Source: Candidatus Omnitrophota bacterium
Lineage (GTDB): Bacteria; Omnitrophota; Gorgyraeia; Tantalellales; Tantalellaceae
DNA: 64,000 nucleotides
Direction: 5' to 3'
Assembly: GCA_015231405.1 (NCBI GenBank)
Contig: JADGBR010000001.1
Coordinates: 385,762-449,761 of the forward strand
The notes beneath the pieces were generated by a model, which did no database searches, was not told the DNA's origin, and saw only the letters and a program-made list of their open reading frames with translations. Each line of letters opens with the position of its first letter. The stretch's first letter is position 1. The translations under genes and the position numbers were made by a program. Positions 43,101 through 45,256 of this stretch are shown piece after piece.

Positions 43101-43686
43101 CTCGGACCCGTCCGTCGGCCGTATAGCCAGGGGCGCGAAAGACTTCGATAAAAAATTCGAGCAGACCACCGTCCCTCTTTTGTACAAATACGCCGACGGC
43201 GGCGCGAAAACCGAAGATATGAAGAAGCCACTTACCAGGGTTTTCCTGGAAGCGATAGGGGAGTTCGGTAAAGGCGGAGGAAGGAACGGCATACTCGTTT
43301 ATTTCCCCGGGGCCCTCAAGGATACCGGCCTCCTGGCAGAAGTAATGTCGGATGACCGAATAGCTCCTTTCAAGGACCACATAACCGTCATATACGGCGA
43401 TTATACACCTGGCGACCGCATGGACATAGTTTCGCATATCATCCTAGCCAAAGCCCTTCTTAACTACAATAGATACAAAAAAGGGATATACGGCAAAGAA
43501 ATGGACCCCGACGCGATAATGCGCCTTCTCGAATACCTCAAACTCTTAGTCGACGACAAAAAAGAGATAACAGAATCATTCATTACCGCTCTCCGTAACG
43601 GCGCCATCCTAAAGATCCGCAAACTGGACGTCAACGACATAGCCGCCCAGGAATCCCTCCAAACCGCCTTCTGGAAATCCGTCTAA
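25198..43686 (+). CDS. Giant 6162-aa secreted midasin-like protein: signal peptide, shared N-terminal twin-GX2H domain, three MoxR-type AAA+ modules, tandem WD40 propellers, HExxH motif, acidic G/E/D-rich tract, C-terminal vWA/MIDAS
   Basis: Uninterrupted 18,489-nt ORF. Signal peptide MKFKNFVKITAILVTVSFLQQSTFGYAQ. GIIHIQDAHC (25414-25443) and TGGFH (26641-26655). Walker A: GATGAGKT (29233-29256), GPPGGGKT (31309-31332), GDTGAAKT (39877-39900). Walker B: VSEMN (module 1, Asp replaced by Ser), IFDEG (31540-31545), IVDEAN (40081-40086). HELRH (40879-40893). Acidic low-complexity tract EEGDGSEGGGDPGEGGESGEGG...DDTEGDDNDGPDTEG (41560-41960). MIDAS DLSGS (42250-42264) with downstream IFTDAMD. Confidence 0.92.
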   Translation: MKFKNFVKITAILVTVSFLQQSTFGYAQFEYGDSTITKTDLGGNVEEKSVSFVPSSLATIKRSYTGDDKNAPGIIHIQDAHCVYPCQERINTILEHLEKDRGIKRIFLEGGSGRYDLTVFRQIADRELRREVSEVFMKEGVINAAEYFAANSDREIELIGVEDPALYMRNLGVFRETNKSIADETGLLEKFKVLMKKIASGVFSEDLAVFYSFYEGHKTDKIGLAEYIMYLSKVTGAAPGMRSPDAGNIAKIMKISAMEKAVDFRKAEKERTDMLDHLFRTLPNSIKERLLTEMVAYKKGERLDLEFNEYLAGVFGNTGESAGVRHEELDKYIEYLREWSGVDSFKLMEEIPLMENEIKKRFAANAGERTLVDIWDRVEQTEKILGFKLVSDEYVRIKTDTFKYTFGGILEDMRKAFAVDFSEDIEDLVAELGKADRDNRLIKNVLGFYEYSFERDGVFIEEINNAGRQGNGAGDGVSVFMTGGFHTGNICSLLEKNGMSYVSVIPKFDNEEGSSERYFGILAGKREGLVGGITAAMSNLQVPTLLDQALGAEVWGKGGIGRMEAAVYVQTLVSKGYRVEIYDDVTGETLFSYGKGGKLIRCARTNFPREVHERFIAETEGDAGKAGIAGEEVADDANVNAENVGKVLKERVYLRDEELEALVSGVIDYHSKFNELLEGVRKAASDPARFKISIREIKRFSDDFKRIFLALVASGYERTDSLTTAIGYASRNIYMDMLDEKSPEYQAMARLMADTDILSIPGIVKGNGDNLFDRTYAKVARAIDSGIPALFIKDKDALGALERAIKKYSQKPGVKVVNMECTPASDSAQLIGGFMPKGRVDVAEAYKRVGMAISGKAALSIIEILAELLDKKKEEVTEKERKDFTEIYDEGKGDEGLIIAAAMVLEDPKSWRNKLVYEKGLLARIIDKCKEDKDTTYIFNIENIEALPGRIRAQLNAFLLTGELRVPGAPGKKDRKLIAPKNLRIIASMSDEAVLEDGAFYDRFLRKKVAGANEDDFRALAKKDLPEIKEDTVKFLLKFREELNSGVSECSLADLMGIVKYAAEAASVNGDSVDQLVIAAYETGKYFDAKGVSKEKRADHDSVVMTSFAAMNDDSSLAPGDVSGVLDLFWDPARPGSGPPTFAWGGPGGLDRATLIKILRHIAVVAGGKSEMTMGEMSGVFQDEFGALLNTEVVDRYKGKFGDKPVDEFVSLLVFAVDGNDRSGVIVNLLEPFGPAAGGAGTDIAELMKVKNSGMRYDRGEKKIIFDIYAPGLKINKDISDKLERYISDRVKQKGKGGFSPDDEDGAIRDFFMDELDYFIGTDEKRMLSAVARSMEYGNGVIRIEGATGAGKTYTAELLSRIMDFGDEVRSRFYSEPVNKETKLARFLGYFRADKFGYYSIDQTTPFLDILKYGGVAAVSEMNTSVKDEYAKLAWWFIQFARGDREIFLNEYPRKGENGAISPSIKRHPKALIIIDVNPEDYEGRGKFPRELIENTPSVYVDEKMNDLEHIKKVTRAFLKHIDDGEKKDALVDFIAGAHVKIFDKVKEANENGDRYPPLSYRELARVTKSIPAGLAMNESLVMAEKAVNKYYIKAFVSEQIKSDLKLGLLLWSATEERDEIIKDVLFGNPEGRSPPVLVTSSSDENPFEDIDSAVNMFKEENPDKELYRERVRVTWFDDEFKLFGGFLPISIREKASAAAERLKVLLADAGTRDKANGIYRELQAKSAQPVNDLPEDISGLGDNFILSLSEALDALRSGREWTQALRYENGIIPRLIDEAERERKAKGKDAKIFIIELENIHRIKPGLAVAFNSILQEGYYYDPASHTRKQVPANLKFVATSVSESPLPFSVAEESRWVRLKQTERVFDPLDTGSAFQGIIPAMIRDERKKRVEAGMPDGGEDPSTDDLNKVTQSVLAYLRPYFINHLTSSKEAKIFVADFIKELTSIPDMVKLIRDDDEGFLRLISRSFALSAAMSFRGQGAGDSVKKTCRGYFDTTLAGKEALEKDDLLEDIDELVRVEAATFHAFNSDRIVLYEGPPGGGKTDMAIDVARRLGLKDYLFSCHNRVHTSELLGTFSQRSNGDFYYTGVPDSDGHYPEADFLEAMTHGGVYIFDEGAIGKRAQELLSVLSVLARGEKLFMLNEIPGYPPKEINVHKDFHIIITMNPPEETVGREPLPLEVYDQARKIWINNGLTQDSYRRIIRKFLDLSAREFGITLSSLFGSDEPGASDAFADALTGIHKTINSLVGKKISLSENVNLHLVTLRDMKAMVKDMVRYSAKGANRTEAFRIAVRNAYIDQFNRLRDRPGIADELGKLFRVDAMTGTRDVLAANGINIDVFLAGLIERELDKRYLDINELGGDESPGAILNEAPLVGPIPALDHPFGIDGSDIAETYEEPEQLRAPQCFSSNEFMKTRVDYTVKEMIVSPLSGPAGKTILGLVCGLWNYTLGRLFGRIIPLGRSKFSSGNFRVSTVKKVRGGADVQYNRPESGEWQPLMAKTDRSLDQYLGRIRASANPFVRYELPGNNRGERCVTSLKIGGREHLAFIDENEHKTVNIADMSRPGLTSSIVSLSAGRSDISYIKAIYIGKKQYLAVCHVGGEMALWDLSRKGKEKVIYLNFGWDVQDIAGIDLHGQNCIAILHAYKLTGRVLSDGCIRVIDLGTGEIRSVDLPKGYFREGKIFSENDSGKNKLFVNGRTNEVYMYDLDTKKLSMGLTDRKTIAPGDVSVFGMGKTFSVMPAEIPDTNGREGVALLDWDSSVQWVYPLELPHNKVKVMAEVRSGEKTYLVIAAGKGIVLWDVMGKSYKSVEYPFDGHIQRITALGDTGLFAVTDNHGTVRIWDIDIERHIAETRVKAEALERGEIPAGNDLPYGLKKRDLYGPEKFLGIKEEVETGIAPRAESGASCVYSGIQLKAGKSEKVRSGGDITKFREALVSDREARLFTRELSKEEIVAIPSANIVDIDKDASWGPGVLDMDNIFVELGATRGESLFFRVEKLSDQLERNDIHEIRELRMALDDKQEKVASGVIDVAGLSCLLTTDIKGVISLWDLKNDNVVRLKVCDNLVDKLVVMKNREGDVELVVPGDNNQLLFLRFAGGSGGIIPAGMRRVNTTADISGLDVIRDDKERDCLVFAGTEKLIAEPGQISYGLDRYPTLKVLSFTGETSGYITEIKAHPEAPGVLNVVKDDMGLGRLVSGEKFNMKLWGFAWKDGRIEGGSVSKFQVEGLAMENGTLIKDDIGRSHLVLPVKYENGRRLIMLDFDFKNGVLKGGISRTVDLKLKDISGVTAISDLDGDDRVVVSCDNSVIKMIGFDWDNGEIKGANSITFENPDSGGDIYGVHTFRAEDGTEYLVARRSGGRLDLWDPFIADKLAEARDLYDSGERSQAADTTPPLSAEALAKANAPSPMPAIPHGFTREQLLQEQDWHGEKVVLLKGDIVKGIPMEDIRKGDKYGWYGESYEKDPTVTGEVIHLTNGPADGLSIMTKTGKMVKGKERKFKKLGTPEKGNTLGWSMTRKIHEGELGTGKFERKDEEFFRLMNRDDQGDETRRHIDAGNAYIMTGEIMDEIDHGDPRKVSDMAEKIKHDSEVNEIKVFKCRGREIIVTTCLTNFIRIWDIEKNKVTTILGHNNVIFGLELLERSDKVYLVTGSSDNMIKFWALNAVGEVDRDHVTTLHGHSDSINDIRVIEREDGVYLVSASEDKTVKFWKLKGAGGIEFSEVTALKGHSGQVTKLEFFARDKKLYMASGDRVGAVKIWAFRGKSGADMESVTTLPEMKMDVSDLRILECAGKMYLAAGEGNGNIKLWGFAGDAGVNISGVTTVRVCNNGFGVMSSGGRTWLVTGGSDAVVKLLEISGKEGEDVVKGMTVLKGHGSYVTGVYVFEREGKQYLATGSEDKTFIVWDPFREEKFHEARAVVEAWERSHASDPMLQAPSSIPEAPSPMPDIPHGFTREQLLLEQEWHSEEAVLVNGDVSFDEVKDGKHGWFREGRENFPSEWQEVEPIMPDRERGESLDEAENRFYDVQAPRGNTLGWSFKRGIKGGESVTGTVQMKAKGYFDSTNWASPALDVGEYLASGNAYAMREGMEPYFDRYDSHKMSDMVEKITLGLANTDLVHISFDWNGRQYIVSGGDAGIKIWDISRGKVMTLKGHAGKVTSLQLIERKGKKYIASGGDDNDRTIKLWGLEDGEELGIGFVTTIRGHSAGIISLRVIGDKYLVSGSNDLTVKLWEFEGDDELGINTVTTLKGHSDWVRSLEVIGTPKGILFASGDMNGKIKLWSLTESGEVIAGNVLTIKAHGGCVQALKLMRYGEKTYLVSGSWDKSVKIWELGEKDNVDIAGVTVLKGFKNNVLSLEAIRRGDRTYLATGGEEDGMVKLWSLSGEAELSVDGVTILKAHTKWVSSIQVIVRDGKEYLTTGSGDDTLITWDPFRKQKFHEALAYLDAWERKVEGPSFVKASEGGRGSSVEGPMPNAPSPLPDRQVGMPEAGLGGGADDSNGPAFNAVDPGMDLPEDRDITEARYKLRSRGRAMLICEPGTRERVIVDEVARLEKFKYVYKLEGRPSLAPEDLIGSKYPVLEEEKRETNEEFVFKKGFLTRHMLTEEEHAKYLEEKSAGKDFPKKLLVIYNIDAIGEKARASLNNLLLNGYLNIPSVGKLWLPDNVEIIATMRVGSQQEFSSAFPNRMTKGNMSPMEAKGWGASDFAKYCRNVYGFDKYVLGKDDKGRPYDIADEIELLYDNIRSQEVTDRVWPSRMTYGFTVKDALTHAEFTALAIAERKKMGLGEPGKDELMNILVDEAMRVYGFKVRQFPSDYDSFVDSILKMQFSHKYVERAVIRDDVKISAGKLRELSGIPISPGHGALGMTLIERNYRLTLVGSMVGTMSAMIRGLAAGKVVSFTGDTGAAKTTMAVALARMTGVKDYVFSMHKDVKEYDLTGAVRMTDKGRFTFEIMEFAKQLEEGNTMLIVDEANIKPEILWLLSGIARGEKQFTIERPGDKPHTFNIGENVYVVFTMNPEAYGGGRGAIPIPLKEDIFNIWVPDYYEYPEMARIVTEFFGGMPELANITEMTPAETSKASTLELDNRFFEIKRLFSHLYARMEVEDVVNAIYDKGYEFTIGTLYGLTKDNDPAKAREKYYELKRVEEEIMYDPKVRGKMLRIRTKVALMEKYLRDKGMTVSVNFSLFTWWSQGVREKNGKKEIIVNVPLYELVDKKDHPNIRKEGKSDKVIAGLIIHELRHYLYSPKDNLEWRDIGVDIGINSFAPEIREVFDTFTADPKDRTVKRRRDVFQLWNALEDVRIDLMERDSEHFRRLKGAQENVDEMIKDMFKDETNDPGEFEKRKKKAVRAAWLHPHAMLRDVLFRYGYTGEFGPYFGFFDEELKKAVQELTGAMIEATQSSKARMNMSDVSSAGDFLKERRRASGESVKVILEKILPKYLELAEESKKRVDEEKKKKQGGPKGTEVEEGDGSEGGGDPGEGGESGEGGAEGLGSGGKQEFLFMPPELMEEMYGSGDENSGDEGQSGGKGNTGPMIISPGAKNGVRKPGDGLPEDMTPHGGSAGTPGDDGGKQNAGGKDDSPDDTEGDDNDGPDTEGMSKANRSRAIKEASSKINKERLKGEPINQRLSEVGGQAKQLAEGLINIFNVPEETEVEESAYGRIINMIRIIMKSMTPFDEEVDTGNRPDLALGMTADLSGSMKDFFPAIKKLSAIFISSFQRIGKKADFSVTLDGPDENGVDHPHNVIDFGEKHAQDELNGVQNRVEKTMAREGGGGIHAYSCLEAIVEKHKRSKQKNKLEVIFTDAMDTEGMESEREEKFREAEKLGVSILVVGFRNQQNKMQEVFGKHASYILVDRDKPEAIIGVVLNAAKIKARTGKIPKGNIGPMFDQKEGGMLVRNAMDLITNDDLSVRMKTESEINAMRSLADVRRTALYEARMTVRQFSVRDRLEKLIARSRDAISDLWRNNGKDIVVMPDLLSDPSVGRIARGAKDFDKKFEQTTVPLLYKYADGGAKTEDMKKPLTRVFLEAIGEFGKGGGRNGILVYFPGALKDTGLLAEVMSDDRIAPFKDHITVIYGDYTPGDRMDIVSHIILAKALLNYNRYKKGIYGKEMDPDAIMRLLEYLKLLVDDKKEITESFITALRNGAILKIRKLDVNDIAAQESLQTAFWKSV
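25400..26740 (+). other. Shared N-terminal domain (copy 1 of 3 in window) with twin GX2H motifs; hypothesised Tiki/TraB/GumN/EreA-like
   Basis: The motifs GIIHIQDAHC...EGGSGRYDLTVF and VFMTGGFHTGN...YVSVIPKF are conserved in the N-termini of the 6162-, 2263- and 1992-aa proteins. Confidence 0.55.
32750..33750 (+). other. Degenerate WD40-like beta-propeller region (module A) in giant protein 2
   Basis: Weak WD-like blades: LAVCHVGGEMALWDLS, IVLWDVMGKS, TVRIWDIDIERH. Much less regular than modules B and C. Confidence 0.4.
35950..36910 (+). other. 7-bladed WD40 beta-propeller (module B) in giant protein 2
   Basis: Blades end in IRIWDIEKNKV, IKFWALNAVGE, VKFWKLKGAGG, VKIWAFRGKSG, IKLWGFAGDAG, VKLLEISGKEG and FIVWDPFREE. 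LKGH/LHGH motifs precede each blade. Confidence 0.8.
37530..38480 (+). other. 7-bladed WD40 beta-propeller (module C) in giant protein 2
   Basis: Blades end in IKIWDISRGKV, IKLWGLEDGEE, VKLWEFEGDDE, IKLWSLTESGE, VKIWELGEKDN, VKLWSLSGEAE and LITWDPFRKQ. Classic GH...WD spacing. Confidence 0.85.
42230..42720 (+). other. C-terminal vWA/MIDAS domain of giant protein 2, immediately preceded by an acidic G/E/D-rich tract (41560-41960)
   Basis: LALGMTADLSGSMKD (DxSxS), then LEVIFTDAMDTEG and VSILVVGF beta-strands. An acidic tract followed by a MIDAS domain mirrors eukaryotic midasin/Rea1. Confidence 0.7.
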
Positions 43687-43829
43687 AGGAAATATATCCT
43701 GCAATATATCGCGAATAAATGTCCCCTCGAGCCTGATCAAATTCCTGAATAACAGGACGAAATCCTGAAAATGAAAAAGCGTTTTTTTGTTATTTCAAGA
43801 TATCATCTGGCGCAAATTCAGCTTAGAAA

Positions 43830-44095
43830 GATCTGGATTTGCCAGTACCAATGATCCAGCGCAAATCGAGGACATCAGCCCGAGATTTGCCAATCCAGCG
43901 CAAACCGAGAGCCAACAGCCCGAGATTTGCCAATCCAGCGCAAACCGAGGGCCAACGCCCGAGATTTGCCAATCCAGCGCAAACCGAGGGCCAACGCCCG
44001 AGATTTGCCAATCCAGCGCAAACCGAGGGCCAACAGCCCGAGATTTGCCAATCCACCTCAAACCGACCCGAGATTTGCCAATTCACGTTCCACAC
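43830..44095. repeat. Tandem repeat array, about 6 copies of a 39-40-bp unit (CCCGAGATTTGCCAATCCAGCGCAAACCGAGGGCCAACG[C]), with degenerate first and truncated last copies
   Basis: Unit starts (CGAGATTTGC) at 43881, 43921, 43960, 43999, 44039 and 44069. Copies are directly abutting with no spacers. The array lies in the convergent intergenic region after the ORF2 stop (43686). Confidence 0.85.
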
Positions 44096-44105
44096 TCATA
44101 GCTAA

Positions 44106-44236
44106 CCGAGATTATCGGACATTATGCCCAAAGCTATTACGAACCAAGCATAATGTCGGATAATCTCGGTCATATTATCGGATGTTGTGGTTCCCAAAGC
44201 AACTCCCCGAGCCAGAACCACAACGTCCGATAATAT
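44106..44236. other. Two adjacent long hairpins (22-bp stems, 20-21-nt loops) sharing a TTATCGGA/TCCGATAA core
   Basis: Hairpin 1 arms are 44106-44127 and 44148-44169 (CCGAGATTATCGGACATTATGC / GCATAATGTCGGATAATCTCGG, 1 mismatch). Hairpin 2 arms are 44172-44193 and 44215-44236 (ATATTATCGGATGTTGTGGTTC / GAACCACAACGTCCGATAATAT, 1 G:U-compatible mismatch). Both loops begin CCAAAGC. No flanking T-runs. Confidence 0.7.
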
Positions 44237-44283
44237 ATGTTATGTTAACTTGGCGTATGTGTAGCTGGTAAATAAGTATTGAA

Positions 44284-44739
44284 TTATTTTAAAGCGGTTT
44301 TAATATACCCAATGAACCTTTCAAAATCCGGAAGACGGTTTTGTACCATATCATATAGCTTATTTATATCTATCTCGAGATACTCATGGACGAGTATATT
44401 GCGGAAACCTGCCATCCCTCGTATCTCTTTAGCGAACTCCGCCGGAATGACATTTTTTTCGCCAAGTTTGACGATAACATCGGTATAGTCCTCGATCCCG
44501 TTCTCGCCGATCTCGGCAAGGACATGGTTCCCTATATCTAACAGACACTGAATGGCGATCTGAAGGCCGCGTTCAATTGCCCACTTATCGAAACAGGATG
44601 TTCTTATCTTTTCAAGCGGTACAGACCGGAGTCTTTTAAGATCATGAACAGTTCTTGTCAACTCGTCGATCTTTTTAATGATGATTTGAATATCTACCAT
44701 TTCCTCACCTGTATGCCTCAAATAGGGGTTTAACGTCAA
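44284..44739 (-). CDS. hepT: HepT-like (DUF86) RNase toxin of a HepT/MntA toxin-antitoxin pair
   Basis: 151-aa ORF with the Rx4HxY motif (FRNILVHEY, ~44380-44403). It overlaps the upstream MNT gene by 35 nt; an alternative start at the internal Met near 44700 would give a 4-nt gap. Confidence 0.75.
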   Translation of the reverse strand: MTLNPYLRHTGEEMVDIQIIIKKIDELTRTVHDLKRLRSVPLEKIRTSCFDKWAIERGLQIAIQCLLDIGNHVLAEIGENGIEDYTDVIVKLGEKNVIPAEFAKEIRGMAGFRNILVHEYLEIDINKLYDMVQNRLPDFERFIGYIKTALK

Positions 44740-45094
44740 GATAACGCCTGAGCGCGTCCACCTGCAGATGGATCCGTCTTTTTTCGTTCCGTGAATAAAT
44801 AAGCCGGCCGCGCGCGATGATCCTGTGCTTCAGGAGGATCGAAGCCTCGTCGATGATAACGAGATCGATATTATTAGTTTTTAAGAGTCCCATCAGGTCG
44901 GCTATTATGTGAGCTTTGTAACTGTATGGATATTCAGCCTCATTTATGATATCCCTATTGATGTCTATCGCGATATCGATGTCGCTAAGAGCGTTATTTT
45001 TACCGGAAACGGTCGATCCGAAGATATATGCTATCTCTATTTCTTTCATCTCGGCGAAATAATCCTTTAGTATAGGCGTATAAATCTTAAGCAT
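44705..45094 (-). CDS. mntA: MntA-like minimal nucleotidyltransferase antitoxin
   Basis: 129-aa ORF with the NTase motif GSTVSGKNNALSDIDIAIDI (GS...DxD). Located immediately upstream of hepT on the same strand and overlapping it. Confidence 0.75.
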   Translation of the reverse strand: MLKIYTPILKDYFAEMKEIEIAYIFGSTVSGKNNALSDIDIAIDINRDIINEAEYPYSYKAHIIADLMGLLKTNNIDLVIIDEASILLKHRIIARGRLIYSRNEKRRIHLQVDALRRYLDVKPLFEAYR

Positions 45095-45256
45095 AATTAA
45101 TTATAACATGGTGTCACGGGCTCAACAATAGACGAATTTAAACCATTCAAGTTAGAACGCGCGTAATACCGAAGGAATAGTACAGGCGCATTCGCCGGCA
45201 ATGGATCCGCTGACAAATACGCTCATTTGGGAGAATATCCAATTAATCGCTAGATA

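Noticed and set aside
25366-43437. Numerous antisense or out-of-frame ORFs (60-263 aa) inside the giant genes, e.g. 36604..37341 -, 31740..32357 -, 42501..43292 -, 39763..40461 -
   Set aside because: Each is embedded in the opposite strand or an alternate frame of a long uninterrupted ORF that has clear domain content and conserved motifs. They are low-complexity or Pro/Ser/Arg-rich translations typical of spurious antisense frames.
43830-44095. Possible CRISPR array
   Set aside because: The repeats abut directly with no unique spacers. The unit length and the absence of cas genes do not fit CRISPR.
43787-44163. Five overlapping ORFs (60-104 aa) in multiple frames on both strands across the tandem repeat array
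   Set aside because: They are artefacts of the 39-40-bp repeat, a multiple of 3, which keeps frames open. The repeat-encoded peptides (PRFANPAQTEGQR...) have no start context, and the array lies downstream of the giant gene stop.
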